Shown: positions 8,768 to 18,634, counted from the first letter of the stretch. The stretch is DNA of 27,194 bases from a virus (IMGVR_UViG_3300020045_006965:1-27194); one strand, 5' to 3'. Made by a program: numbers and translations. The notes: generated by a model from the sequence alone, not told the origin.

Positions 8768-9598
8768 ATGGCTCGTACACCACGCAAATCGATATTAACC
8801 TCATCTGCTAACACACAAGTAGAACGTCAAGCGCGTAGAATTAATCGTCAACAGAAACAACTGGATCGTCAGATGTTGACCGACATGGGACAGAATTATC
8901 CTGCTACGCTTACAAATTCTAAGGGTAGAACAATTACGTCTAAAAATCTTAAACCTATCTCGGCACTCACGGATACACAACAAGATTTTTTTGATGCATA
9001 CGCCGACGGTGAAGAAGCTATGGTTCTATTTGGCTCGGCGGGGACTGGTAAAACTTTCCTTGCGTTAGGTAGAGCCCTAGAAGACGTACTTGTCCCAGAA
9101 TCAATATATAAAAAAGTAATTATCGTTAGATCTGTTGTTCAAGGTAGAGACATGGGTGCACTTCCTGGAGATACCACAGAAAAGGGTGCAATTTTTGAGT
9201 TACCATATCATGCAGTATGTGCAGATCTATTTGGTCGCGCAGATGCCTACGAGAAACTCAAAGATATGGGTAAAATCGAATTCATTACTACATCATTTCT
9301 ACGCGGCATGACATTTTCGGATTGTATTATTGTAGCAGACGAGATTCAAAATGAAACCTTTGCTACCATTGGAACACTTATCACACGTACAGGTAAGAAT
9401 ACAAAATTGATCATTATGGGTGATGGAGTTCAATCAGACCTAGTTCATTCTAAGCATGATGTTTCAGGGTTTAGAGAATTTATTTCCGTATCTAAAAATA
9501 TGGAAGAATTCCGACATTTCAGATTCACATCAGATGATATCGTGCGCTCAGGAATCTGCAAATCGTGGATTATCCAATGCGAGAAGCTAGGTTTATAA
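8768..9598 (+). CDS. phoH: PhoH-family ATPase
   Basis: GSAGTGKT Walker A, GALPG, FLRGMTF, DEIQN, TRTG, GD..QSD, DIVRSG; ATG 8768 preferred to TTG 8753. Confidence 0.92.
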   Translation: MARTPRKSILTSSANTQVERQARRINRQQKQLDRQMLTDMGQNYPATLTNSKGRTITSKNLKPISALTDTQQDFFDAYADGEEAMVLFGSAGTGKTFLALGRALEDVLVPESIYKKVIIVRSVVQGRDMGALPGDTTEKGAIFELPYHAVCADLFGRADAYEKLKDMGKIEFITTSFLRGMTFSDCIIVADEIQNETFATIGTLITRTGKNTKLIIMGDGVQSDLVHSKHDVSGFREFISVSKNMEEFRHFRFTSDDIVRSGICKSWIIQCEKLGL

Positions 9599-9608
9599 TT
9601 AAAGGATT

Positions 9609-9995
9609 TTGATGAGTAAAATTACATATAATGAATACATGAAGCAACTTAATAGCGAAGCTCTATATCGGATGTTATCTGATATGACCGAGGTTGATTC
9701 ATTAGAAATTGCTAGACAAGTCTCTGAAGGTTTATTATCTGACATTGCTGTAAATAGTGGTTTGTCTAAGGCTAAAATTCGAAAGGCAAAATTTGCTGTG
9801 GCGCATGTTAAATTCAACGACAACAATTATTTATCATTTCTATATGATATTAATGGTGCTCAAGTAATGTTACGTGCTACCAACGTAGACACTAAAAAGT
9901 TTTATATTCCAAATGAAGTATGGATGGTACTCACAGATAGAGAAACTGGAGAAACAAAACTACACTTAACTATGTCATTAGGTGGCAGAGAATAA
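9609..9995 (+). CDS. Hypothetical protein
   Basis: 128-aa ORF with AGGA SD. Confidence 0.7.
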   Translation: MMSKITYNEYMKQLNSEALYRMLSDMTEVDSLEIARQVSEGLLSDIAVNSGLSKAKIRKAKFAVAHVKFNDNNYLSFLYDINGAQVMLRATNVDTKKFYIPNEVWMVLTDRETGETKLHLTMSLGGRE

Positions 9996-10024
9996 ATACG
10001 ATTATACTAACGAAACAATTAATT

Positions 10025-11533
10025 ATGCAATGTAAACACTGTGACTCTGTCGATATCTCTACTAAAGCCATCCGTAAAACATTATCGGGGTTTACCCAGA
10101 GATATCGATGCAACTCCTGCTCAAAATGGTTTTCAGAACATACATCTGAAATAGTTGAACCAGTTTCTAAAAATAAAAGATTCGTTATTACATCATGCCA
10201 AAATAATGCGTCTGTCAATATCAATTTTTTAAAATCTCTTCAATCGTATTGTAAAGATAAATCTGCAGAGTTATTGATTGTACCCATCATATATAGACCG
10301 ACTGATCATGAGAGTGTCACGTTCAATATTCCATCTGATTTAGAACATACCATTGTTCGCCACAAGATGAAAATTCATGATGAAGTTTATGTCATGGGAT
10401 CGTTCAATTTTATTCCTACTGCTGTGAATCCATTATCTGGACTAGAATCTTTGTCTAAAGGTGATACCCTGATCGTACCATCACCGCAGTTACGCATGAA
10501 ATCACTTGCAGTATCTATTAAACGACACCCAGCAATTCTACACACAACCGGGGCAATATCCAATCCTGAATATACTAATACTAAGGTAGGTGAAAAGGCT
10601 CTGTTTAACCATTCATATTCTGCAGTTTTGGTAGAGATTGACTCTGATAATGATTTTCATATTAGAACTTTAAATGCAGATGATACTGGAATGTTCTATG
10701 ATTTAGGTTATAAGTATTACCCAACAGGAAAAATAGAATTTGAGTATATTGAAGCTTTAGTTACTGGTGATGAACATGGTATTATGTCTGATCCAGTTGT
10801 CGAACATGTTACATATCAACACAAAGATTCAATTGTCCGTACTTTAAAACCAGAATTCGTTATTCGACATGATGTACTTGATTGTGCGTCTATTAGTCAT
10901 CATACACGAAAAGACAATATCAAGAATGTTGGTAAATCTATTTTTGGTACTAATAAAATTGAGAATGAACTTGCGGGTACAGTAGATTATTTACTTAGAA
11001 CGAGTCAGCTTTCAGATACAACATTTGAGAGTATAATTGTGTCGTCGAATCATAATGATCACTTAACACGATGGTTCGCCGACATAGATATCAAGACTGA
11101 ACCACAGAATGCACTTTTTTATCATAAGTATATGTATAAGATATTGGATTCAATGGTTCAGACACCAACAGGATTCACACATATCAATCCATTCGAGCAA
11201 TTTTGTAAAGATATTGGTGTTCCTAGAATTAAATTTTTAGGTCGTGACGAATCATTTATGATTGCTGATGTAGAATTAGGTGTTCATTCTGATAAAGGCA
11301 CTAATGGTTCTAGAGGTTCTATAGAACAATTCGCCAATCTTCCACAAAAGTACGTTATCGGCCATTCTCACACTCCTGGAATTGTGTTTGGTGCGTATCA
11401 AGTGGGAACTTCTTCTTACAAGAAACTTGACTATACGTCAGGTCTGTCGAGTTGGATGCAATCTCATTGTATTATCTACAAAAATGGAAAAAGGCAACTC
11501 ATCAATATTATCAATGGAAAGTGGCATGCATAG
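10025..11533 (+). CDS. T5 A1-like metallophosphoesterase/nuclease with N-terminal zinc ribbon
   Basis: CKHC...QRYRCNSC; RFVITSCQNN, GDEH, HDVLD, SNHNDH, HSDKGTNGSRGS, GHSHTP metallophosphoesterase-type motifs. Confidence 0.7.
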   Translation: MQCKHCDSVDISTKAIRKTLSGFTQRYRCNSCSKWFSEHTSEIVEPVSKNKRFVITSCQNNASVNINFLKSLQSYCKDKSAELLIVPIIYRPTDHESVTFNIPSDLEHTIVRHKMKIHDEVYVMGSFNFIPTAVNPLSGLESLSKGDTLIVPSPQLRMKSLAVSIKRHPAILHTTGAISNPEYTNTKVGEKALFNHSYSAVLVEIDSDNDFHIRTLNADDTGMFYDLGYKYYPTGKIEFEYIEALVTGDEHGIMSDPVVEHVTYQHKDSIVRTLKPEFVIRHDVLDCASISHHTRKDNIKNVGKSIFGTNKIENELAGTVDYLLRTSQLSDTTFESIIVSSNHNDHLTRWFADIDIKTEPQNALFYHKYMYKILDSMVQTPTGFTHINPFEQFCKDIGVPRIKFLGRDESFMIADVELGVHSDKGTNGSRGSIEQFANLPQKYVIGHSHTPGIVFGAYQVGTSSYKKLDYTSGLSSWMQSHCIIYKNGKRQLINIINGKWHA

Positions 11534-11539
11534 ATTAGT

Positions 11540-11581
11540 TGTGTTATAATTAATCATACCGAAATTCAAAAGGAAATCAAA
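11540..11581 (+). promoter_or_regulatory. Repeated promoter-leader-SD cassette, copy 1
   Basis: TGTGTTATAATTAATCATAC.GAAATTCAAA(A)GGAA. Confidence 0.75.
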
Positions 11582-11845
11582 ATGATTAAATTTTCACATC
11601 TTGCTGTTTGGCAAGCAGTTTATAAAATTTGCCCACATTTCAAAGTTATGTGCGATAATAAGATTACTGTTAACTTGCCATCTGCTATGAAAGATTGTGC
11701 GTTGCAGTTGTTTTTAAAGCATCATAATAAAGATGCATTGTCGTATGAAATGATGTGTGCTGAATATATAATTGGTTGTGCTTTACAAGAACTTTCTGAA
11801 ATTGGGTTTATAACATTTGGTGATCGCGATACTTTGTGGTTATAA
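11582..11845 (+). CDS. Hypothetical protein
   Basis: ORF directly behind cassette. Confidence 0.75.
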   Translation: MIKFSHLAVWQAVYKICPHFKVMCDNKITVNLPSAMKDCALQLFLKHHNKDALSYEMMCAEYIIGCALQELSEIGFITFGDRDTLWL

Positions 11846-11876
11846 TTAATCATACAGAAATTCAAAGGAATTAAAA
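11837..11876 (+). promoter_or_regulatory. Promoter-leader-SD cassette, copy 2
   Basis: TGGTTATAATTAATCATACAGAAATTCAAAGGAA. Confidence 0.75.
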
Positions 11877-12074
11877 ATGCAAACTACAGTATCACTTAAA
11901 GAAGTTCTGAATAATCTCAAACTTGCTAATAATGGTTATACATTTGCATCATCTCTGTCACCAGAATTTATACGTCGTACCGAACAACTCGTTATTCGTG
12001 GCGCTGTATCAAAAGATGTTGTTAATAATATTTTTGGTAGAATGGAGACGATATACATAGTTTCTGTGTTATAA
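11877..12074 (+). CDS. Hypothetical protein
   Basis: ORF directly behind cassette. Confidence 0.7.
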   Translation: MQTTVSLKEVLNNLKLANNGYTFASSLSPEFIRRTEQLVIRGAVSKDVVNNIFGRMETIYIVSVL

Positions 12075-12105
12075 TTAATTCATCAAAATTCAAACGGTAA
12101 TTAAA
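12065..12105 (+). promoter_or_regulatory. Promoter-leader cassette, copy 3
   Basis: TGTGTTATAATTAATTCATCAAAATTCAAA. Confidence 0.7.
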
Positions 12106-12591
12106 ATGAACACTTATTCTAAACAGATCATTGAAATCCTTGAACAAAATCTCGTTGACTTTGATCTTCGAGTTGAAGAATCATCGGTAAACCGTGCTAA
12201 ACAAGTTGCAGAAGATATCAAGCAAGCAAAACTTGAGTTTTCTTCTCTGAAACATAATGCGTTTGCTTATTACGACAAAATGTTCTCCGCTGCAGGAGGT
12301 AAAGGAAATTACCATTTAATGTGTAATGGATTCTCTCAATATGTTGAAGAAACAATACGTAAATCTGAACAAAGTAAAGTCGCAAAACGTAATATCAAAA
12401 TTTCTAAGAAACTTGTTGATTGTGGAATCACTGAAATTTTATCAGCAAATGTAGTGCTGAGTGATTACGGGTTCAATGGTTATTTTGATGTCACTTGTTC
12501 CACAGGAACCAAAAGAGTTTGTATTGATACTATTCTTGCAGGCGGTGATGTTCAATGTCTTCACCATCGTGTATTGGTAAAGATCAAATAA
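12106..12591 (+). CDS. Hypothetical phage protein
   Basis: C-terminal TILAGG.VQCLH.RVL resembles a recurrent phage family. Confidence 0.75.
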   Translation: MNTYSKQIIEILEQNLVDFDLRVEESSVNRAKQVAEDIKQAKLEFSSLKHNAFAYYDKMFSAAGGKGNYHLMCNGFSQYVEETIRKSEQSKVAKRNIKISKKLVDCGITEILSANVVLSDYGFNGYFDVTCSTGTKRVCIDTILAGGDVQCLHHRVLVKIK

Positions 12592-12632
12592 ATATGTTAT
12601 AATTATTCTAACAATAAACTAATAAGAACATA

Positions 12633-13100
12633 ATGAATTATCTACAATCAATTGCAAATGCTTTAATGGAAGTGCATATCTTTGAGATGGCGTTTCAACG
12701 TAAACATGTAATTAATAAGACTCGCGATTTATCGTTACACATTGCTCAGCATATTGCTAAAATTGCCCTATATCCAGAACATTCTGCTCGTAAACATTGG
12801 GAGAAAGAAGTGCATGTTGCATGTAACTCTATCGATGATTTGAAATATGATGGTAATAAGAAATTGAAAGAATCAGATTATCACAATCTTCTCCATAAAG
12901 AACCATATGAGCATACCGGATTACTAGACAATACTGCTAGGAAATCCATCGGCAATGGTATGGTAGATCATAAATGGTCTCAAGAACATAAAGATGGACT
13001 AAATGATAAAATCAAATCTGCTTATCATGTGCTTAGCCATCAACTAGCAAATAATAAATATGTACACATCGATTCTATCCTAAAGGATTCAGGAATTTGA
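12633..13100 (+). CDS. DUF29-like protein
   Basis: HIAK...HWEKEV pattern. Confidence 0.55.
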   Translation: MNYLQSIANALMEVHIFEMAFQRKHVINKTRDLSLHIAQHIAKIALYPEHSARKHWEKEVHVACNSIDDLKYDGNKKLKESDYHNLLHKEPYEHTGLLDNTARKSIGNGMVDHKWSQEHKDGLNDKIKSAYHVLSHQLANNKYVHIDSILKDSGI

Positions 13101-13110
13101 TGGTGTAATA

Positions 13111-13213
13111 CTCGGATTCGTATAGTGGAAAATACAGAGGTCTTCTTTTATTCTTTCGAAATAGAGAATAAAAGAAGCCCCTAACGTCAGTTCGATTCTG
13201 GCATCCGAGACCA
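13111..13213 (+). tRNA. tRNA-Arg (UCG or UCU) with 28-nt hairpin insert in the anticodon
   Basis: Acceptor CTCGGAT/ATCCGAG, D stem GTAT/ATAC, T arm GTCAG-TTCGATT-CTGGC, A-CCA; 103 nt, or 75 nt without insert. Confidence 0.8.
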
Positions 13214-13214
13214 A

Positions 13215-13260
13215 ATTAATATTAAAATACTTTAACGATATAAAGTATTTTAATATTAAT
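13215..13260. repeat. 20-bp perfect inverted repeat ('empty' member of the ATATTRAA stem family)
   Basis: ATTAATATTAAAATACTTTA-ACGATA-TAAAGTATTTTAATATTAAT. Confidence 0.9.
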
Positions 13261-13552
13261 GAAAGATAATATTATGACAGAACAAAGTGAAACTACAATT
13301 GAACCTATCCCGGATTCACCAGAAGAAGTCCGTGTTACACCGAACGAAGAAGTGATAGATCTTATTGAATCACATCCTCAACAACAATCTCGCGCTTTCT
13401 GGTACAAGATTAAAACACTCACAGAAGAATTCCATCTCACGGTTATTGCCATTACTTCTACTGGTGCGCGAGAAGGTGTTGCTCAACAATTTCCTGGTGC
13501 AGCTGTTGCTTATCTAGGTGTAAGTGATAAAATTATGCAAGTTAACGGATAA
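13259..13552 (+). CDS. Hypothetical protein (start may be 13274)
   Basis: 97-aa ORF. Confidence 0.7.
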   Translation: MKDNIMTEQSETTIEPIPDSPEEVRVTPNEEVIDLIESHPQQQSRAFWYKIKTLTEEFHLTVIAITSTGAREGVAQQFPGAAVAYLGVSDKIMQVNG

Positions 13553-13573
13553 CTATGTTATAATTAATTCGAA

Positions 13574-13648
13574 TCCGCTGTAATTCAAAGGTTAGAATAA
13601 TCTCTTTATAAGGGATCTATCTGTGTTCGAGTCACAGCAGCGGTACCA
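13574..13648 (+). tRNA. tRNA-Ile (UAU)
   Basis: (T)CCGCTG/CAGCGG(T), ATTC/GAAT, ATCTC-TT TAT AA-GGGAT, CTGTG-TTCGAGT-CACAG, A-CCA; TGTTATAAT promoter ends at 13564. Confidence 0.85.
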
Positions 13649-13711
13649 AACACTGGTTAATATAGTGAACCACATTTTAAAAACTATCAATTCAATCTAA
13701 GGAAATTTATT

Positions 13712-13906
13712 ATGCACATCAAAATCCATCAAAAATTTACATCTCGCCGCACTGGTGATGTTATTAAAGTCACTAAAATTGAACGTTCTACTGTGAACTC
13801 TAAATGGGATCGTTACCTAATTTCCGATACAGATTCTTACGGTAAAGTTATTAAAGGAACTCAACGTTCTGTATTTTCAAATTCTATCCAACGTCGATAT
13901 CTATAA
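13712..13906 (+). CDS. Hypothetical basic protein
   Basis: AAGGA SD, 64 aa. Confidence 0.7.
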   Translation: MHIKIHQKFTSRRTGDVIKVTKIERSTVNSKWDRYLISDTDSYGKVIKGTQRSVFSNSIQRRYL

Positions 13907-13914
13907 TACTTTAA

Positions 13915-14271
13915 ATGAGATATGGGGTTATAGGCTCTCGCAGTTTTTTAGATTTCAATCTATTGAAAACTGTTCTGGATAAACATTTCATATCTCAAAT
14001 AATATCTGGTGGTGCTAGAGGTGCAGATTCTTTAGCTGCCAGATATGCAAAAGATAATAATATTTCATTGATAGAATATTTACCAGATTACACTAAATAT
14101 AAAAAGAAGGCACCGTTCATCAGAAATAAATTAATTGTTTCAAATTCTGATGTGATGATAGCTTTCTGGGATGGGATATCTACTGGAACTAAGCATTCTC
14201 TTGATTATGCTAAAAGTAAGAAGATCAAATCCATAATAATTAATTTTTCTGGAATCATTTCTATATATTAA
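13915..14271 (+). CDS. SLOG-family (DUF2493/YspA-like) protein
   Basis: VIGSR.F, ISGGARGAD, IRN..IV, AFWDG.S.GT motifs. Confidence 0.85.
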   Translation: MRYGVIGSRSFLDFNLLKTVLDKHFISQIISGGARGADSLAARYAKDNNISLIEYLPDYTKYKKKAPFIRNKLIVSNSDVMIAFWDGISTGTKHSLDYAKSKKIKSIIINFSGIISIY

Positions 14272-14279
14272 GGAATAAG

Positions 14280-14921
14280 ATGGCATCTATCAATATCGAA
14301 GATTTATTTGAAATAGAAACTCGCGAACCGAGTTCATCATTCATCAAGACAGCTAAATCAGAACTTTTTTCTCACCAAGTATTTTTTGACGAAGATATCG
14401 GGTCACCTGCTAAGTACAGGGATTTAATCAATCTTCTATATACATGTACAGACGATCATGAGTTTAATTTCTTTATGAATACTTCTGGTGGGGCAATGTC
14501 ATCTGCTATTGCTATTATCGAAGCAATTAAGGCAACAGATGGTAAAGTACGCGCGATTATTGTTGGGGAGTGTCATTCTGCCGGATCTATTATCGCTCTC
14601 AATTGTCATGAAATTGTTGTGTCTGATTCTGCTATGATGCTCTGTCATACAGCAAGTTATGGCACAGGTGGGAATACACATAATGTCAAGATTCATTCAG
14701 ATTTCTCATCGAAATATGTTAATAAACTTCTTGATGATACCTATACAGGGTTTGTATCTTCCTCAGAAATGATTGACCTAAAGAAGGGTATTGAAGTCTG
14801 GTTTGATTCTGAAGAAATTGGAAAACGATTAGAATCGCGTTTAAAGCATCAAACTGAAAAGGCTAGTGCTACCATTCAACCTAAAAAGAAACGCGGTAAA
14901 ACAGTTCCTGTGGCTTCCTAG
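14280..14921 (+). CDS. clpP: ClpP-like protease
   Basis: NTSGG, CHSAGS (catalytic Ser), MLCH (catalytic His). Confidence 0.8.
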   Translation: MASINIEDLFEIETREPSSSFIKTAKSELFSHQVFFDEDIGSPAKYRDLINLLYTCTDDHEFNFFMNTSGGAMSSAIAIIEAIKATDGKVRAIIVGECHSAGSIIALNCHEIVVSDSAMMLCHTASYGTGGNTHNVKIHSDFSSKYVNKLLDDTYTGFVSSSEMIDLKKGIEVWFDSEEIGKRLESRLKHQTEKASATIQPKKKRGKTVPVAS

Positions 14922-14931
14922 ACCTATTTAC

Positions 14932-14955
14932 AAGGTGTCTAATTGTAGATACCTT
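14932..14955 (+). terminator. 10-bp hairpin, possible terminator
   Basis: AAGGTGTCTA-ATTG-TAGATACCTT. Confidence 0.5.
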
Positions 14956-14968
14956 AATTGACTATATT

Positions 14969-16648
14969 ATGATTGATAAAATTGACCTTGAAAAACAAAT
15001 CCTAGTTGCATATGAAGAACTAGGATTTTCCCCTAGGGGAAACCAAACATCGATCTGTTACTCAGTTCTCGATGCCTTCCTAAATAAAGATAAAAAGAAT
15101 GTTTGTCTAGTTGCTGGCACGGGTATCGGAAAGTCGATTTTGGGTGCAGTTATCTCTAGAGTGATCGATCACTATACACCAGATGATTCGGCACTTGCAT
15201 CCATTATTACTATGGGTACAAATTCTTTGGCTCAACAGTATGCAGAATCATTCGATAAACTCGGTAAATATGAATTTTTCCAAGTAAAAGGTGCATCTAA
15301 TTATGCTTGTCCATTTATGGAATCTCAATTATCCGCAACAGTAAAAACTGCTGATGCTTGTGTCAAGAAAAATCTCATTCCACAAGAATCTGACAAGTAT
15401 TGTTCTAAGTGCGAATATGATGCATCAAAAAAAGTAATCAATTCTACAGCTAATCTGATTACTAATTACACATACTTTATGATTTCTGCTTTAGCATCGA
15501 ATCATTTAAAAGAGCGAAAATTAAACGTTTTTGATGAGGCCCATACTTTATCTGATTGGTTCTGCTCTTATGCTGAAATTCTAGTATCAGTTGAACTTAT
15601 TGACCGGTATATTAAAGAACTTGGTGATACAAACGGCAAATGTGATGATCAAATTGCGGGTCTTATCATGCTCAAACAAAAAGTATCATCAAATGAAGTA
15701 GGTGATGGTAATTATCTCCAATATCTACAAGTATTGCTACAACTATATAGATCTATCGCTTTTACACTAGCTAGTCAATCATCCGCTCTAAAATCTGTTG
15801 ATGTGGTGAAATCTGGTAAGTTCGATAAAATGGCATCTAAATATGATTCTCTTGCATCAAAGATATCTGATTTCTTTGAAAATGATTATGATCATGTATT
15901 TGATAATGCTATCCCAAATACTTTTACTATCAAAACCATTTTCATTGGTAAGATGATGGAAAAGTTACTTACAACATATAATTTATTCATGTCTGCCACT
16001 ATTACAGAGCAATATGCATTTGATGTTCTTGAATTAGATAGGGGCGCAACCGAATATATTTTACTTGACCCAGTATTTCCCCCAGAAAATAAACCATTAT
16101 TATTTTTAGGTACATCAGCTCTGAATTATAATTCTCTAAAAGATCCGGATATTATTGATAATATGAAAGACACTATCAAGAAGATTGTTGGATTCCATAA
16201 AGACCAAAAAGGTTTGATTATCTCACCATCATTTTATCTAGGATCACAGATGGTATATGGGTTGCGCGGAACTAAGGTGTTTGAACATAAATCTGGAGTT
16301 AATCTATCAGATCTAATCCTATCATTTAAATCATATAAAGGTTCTGCTGTCCTAGTATCACCTTCCATCTGGGAAGGATTGGATTTTTCTGGTGATGATT
16401 CTCGTTTTCAAGTGATCTTAAAATCACCTTATCCGGCTCTAGGAGATAAACGGCTTAAACATATTGCAGATAATTATCCTAGTATATACCAGGAGATGAC
16501 ATTACTCAAAATATTGCAAGGTATTGGGCGATCCATCAGAACTCCGGAAGATAGTGCTACGACGTACTTCCTCGACCCATCATCTAAAAAGTTGTATAAT
16601 AGTAAGTTAAATGTATGGAAAAATCATTACGACGTTAAAACACCATGA
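14969..16648 (+). CDS. DinG/XPD-like SF2 helicase
   Basis: AGTGIGKS, DEAH, MSAT, EGLDF, QGIGRSIR; Cys cluster after KG.SNY.C. Confidence 0.88.
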   Translation: MIDKIDLEKQILVAYEELGFSPRGNQTSICYSVLDAFLNKDKKNVCLVAGTGIGKSILGAVISRVIDHYTPDDSALASIITMGTNSLAQQYAESFDKLGKYEFFQVKGASNYACPFMESQLSATVKTADACVKKNLIPQESDKYCSKCEYDASKKVINSTANLITNYTYFMISALASNHLKERKLNVFDEAHTLSDWFCSYAEILVSVELIDRYIKELGDTNGKCDDQIAGLIMLKQKVSSNEVGDGNYLQYLQVLLQLYRSIAFTLASQSSALKSVDVVKSGKFDKMASKYDSLASKISDFFENDYDHVFDNAIPNTFTIKTIFIGKMMEKLLTTYNLFMSATITEQYAFDVLELDRGATEYILLDPVFPPENKPLLFLGTSALNYNSLKDPDIIDNMKDTIKKIVGFHKDQKGLIISPSFYLGSQMVYGLRGTKVFEHKSGVNLSDLILSFKSYKGSAVLVSPSIWEGLDFSGDDSRFQVILKSPYPALGDKRLKHIADNYPSIYQEMTLLKILQGIGRSIRTPEDSATTYFLDPSSKKLYNSKLNVWKNHYDVKTP

Positions 16649-16658
16649 AAGGAAATCT

Positions 16659-17030
16659 ATGAGTCAAGAACCATCACCATATCCATGCCCAACCGGGGTA
16701 GTACCGCGCCCTACAGTAGGTAGTATCCAGTTTGGTCCCATCACACCAAAAATTGATAATGCATATATCATAGATGGGATTGTCGCATCTATCAAAACTA
16801 AAGATAAAAAACATTCTCATTATTTCAAAGATGTGTCTCATCTAGACACAATTGATGTGTATCGTGTGCTTGATTTATTTCAAGTAACAGATCCAGCAAT
16901 CGCTCATGCTGCTAAGAAATTGCTAGTTGCTGGCGGTAGAGGTGCAGGTAAAGATATTAATAAAGATATAGCAGAAGCTATCGATACACTAATCCGGTGG
17001 CAAGCAATGAGGGCAGAGGATAATGTCTGA
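16659..17030 (+). CDS. Conserved phage protein
   Basis: IDVYRVL..F.VTDP...HA.KKLL.AG.RG..KD motif; AGGA SD before ATG 16659. Confidence 0.7.
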   Translation: MSQEPSPYPCPTGVVPRPTVGSIQFGPITPKIDNAYIIDGIVASIKTKDKKHSHYFKDVSHLDTIDVYRVLDLFQVTDPAIAHAAKKLLVAGGRGAGKDINKDIAEAIDTLIRWQAMRAEDNV

Positions 17031-17562
17031 TATTATCCTCGATCACCGGATGACCGATATTGAGGTTTTATCTGAAGAGACTAATGCTGTGATAGTGTCG
17101 ATAGCATGTGTGAAATTTTCTATGAAAACGTCATATACAGAATCATTCTGTGTTAATATTAACCCTGCTTCATCCAAAGCACTGGGTCTACATATTAGCA
17201 AAGATACTCTGAATTGGTGGAAGAAACAGAAACCAGAGGCATTAAAATCTTGGATGCATTCTAGAATTAATTTACCTGATGCATTGGATCAGTTTATAGA
17301 ATTCTGTGGTACATATAAGAATACTATCCATTGGGCGCAGGGTATTGCTTTTGATTTCCCTATTCTAGATTCATCATTAAAGGTGTGTGGAAAGACTCCA
17401 CCTTGGAAATATTGGAATGTCTATGATGCACGTACAGCTAATTATTTGGGTGCGGTAAATCCATTTGATGAGCCGCGAGTTGGTCAGTACCACTCCGCAT
17501 TAGATGATTGTTACACACAGATCCAGAATCTAAAGAAAGCAATAGGAATTACACATGAGTAA
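17023..17562 (+). CDS. DEDDh 3'-5' exonuclease (DexA-like)
   Basis: DIE, G..FDFPIL, D.RT, HSALDD. Confidence 0.85.
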   Translation: MSDIILDHRMTDIEVLSEETNAVIVSIACVKFSMKTSYTESFCVNINPASSKALGLHISKDTLNWWKKQKPEALKSWMHSRINLPDALDQFIEFCGTYKNTIHWAQGIAFDFPILDSSLKVCGKTPPWKYWNVYDARTANYLGAVNPFDEPRVGQYHSALDDCYTQIQNLKKAIGITHE

Positions 17563-17920
17563 TGGATTTTATGATAACTATGAGTACATCTTCAATATGA
17601 TTACTAAGAATGCTGCACAGTGTCTAGTATGTAACGATATCATCGAATCCAAACACCAGCACGACTATGTAACATGTTCATGTGGCGCAATATCTGTCGA
17701 TGGTGGTTTGGCTTATAAACGACGTTGTGCAAAAGACTTTGTTAATCTTAAAGAGTTATCTGAAAGTATAAAGTACACCGAAGATGAGTTGACATCATAT
17801 ATTCACAATGGTATCCGACAATCTATTACAGATAAGATCTATTCAAATAGTTTCCACGAAAATACAGTCGCGGCAGCAAAATATTTTCGGCAATTATGGT
17901 ATCCACATTATGAACCATAA
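17555..17920 (+). CDS. Zinc-binding conserved phage protein
   Basis: N.AQC..C.DIIES...HD...CSCG...VDGG. Confidence 0.75.
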   Translation: MSNGFYDNYEYIFNMITKNAAQCLVCNDIIESKHQHDYVTCSCGAISVDGGLAYKRRCAKDFVNLKELSESIKYTEDELTSYIHNGIRQSITDKIYSNSFHENTVAAAKYFRQLWYPHYEP

Positions 17921-17966
17921 TAAATAAGTGTTATAATCTAATTTTAACTATGAAAGAAGTGAACCT

Positions 17967-18632
17967 ATGAAAATCAGCAAAAGCACCATCGACATTCTAA
18001 AGAATTTTTCCAGTATTAATCAGAATATTCTGATCAAAGAGGGTTCTGTTGTGACTTCACGTACTGTTGCCAAGAATCTTTTTGTATCCGCAACAGTTGA
18101 CACTGTATTTGACCAAGAATTTGGTATCTACAATCTTAACCAATTTTTAGGTGTTCTATCATTATTTTCAGATCCTGATCTAGAATTCACTGATAAAGCA
18201 GTTACTATTTCTCAAGGTAAGAATAAAGTTCAATATTTGTTTGCTTCACCAGAAGTTCTTGATTATCCTGAAAAGGCAATTAATATGCCACCGGTAGATG
18301 CAGAGTTTGAACTTACAGAGGAAAATCTTAAGAGTTTATTGAAAGCAGGTGCTGTTTTATCATCGACTGATCTTCGTATCTCTGGCGATGGTGAAACAAT
18401 TGTTTGCACAACTATGGACCCAAAAAATCCAGCATCAAATACTTTCTCAGTAGAGGTAGGTGTAACTGATCGTACTTTCGATGCATACATTAAATTGGAA
18501 ACTCTCAAGTTGATCTCTGGATCATATAAGGTTTCTCTGTCTGCAAAGAAGATCACTAAGTTTGAGAACACTACTATCGATTACAATTTATATATCGCAA
18601 ATACATCCGACAGTTCATGGACAAGCGTCTAA
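17967..18632 (+). CDS. 45: DNA polymerase sliding clamp (T4 gp45-like)
   Basis: MKISK.T..ILKNFSSIN..I, FGIYNLNQFL, Y.VSLS. Confidence 0.93.
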   Translation: MKISKSTIDILKNFSSINQNILIKEGSVVTSRTVAKNLFVSATVDTVFDQEFGIYNLNQFLGVLSLFSDPDLEFTDKAVTISQGKNKVQYLFASPEVLDYPEKAINMPPVDAEFELTEENLKSLLKAGAVLSSTDLRISGDGETIVCTTMDPKNPASNTFSVEVGVTDRTFDAYIKLETLKLISGSYKVSLSAKKITKFENTTIDYNLYIANTSDSSWTSV

Positions 18633-18634
18633 AC

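Noticed and set aside
10025-10140. IS1 element
   Set aside because: Only a zinc ribbon fused in frame to a phage protein; no InsB or terminal repeats
11540-12105. CRISPR-like repeat array
   Set aside because: The repeats are degenerate promoter/SD sequences separated by 200-260-nt ORFs, not short spacers; no cas genes
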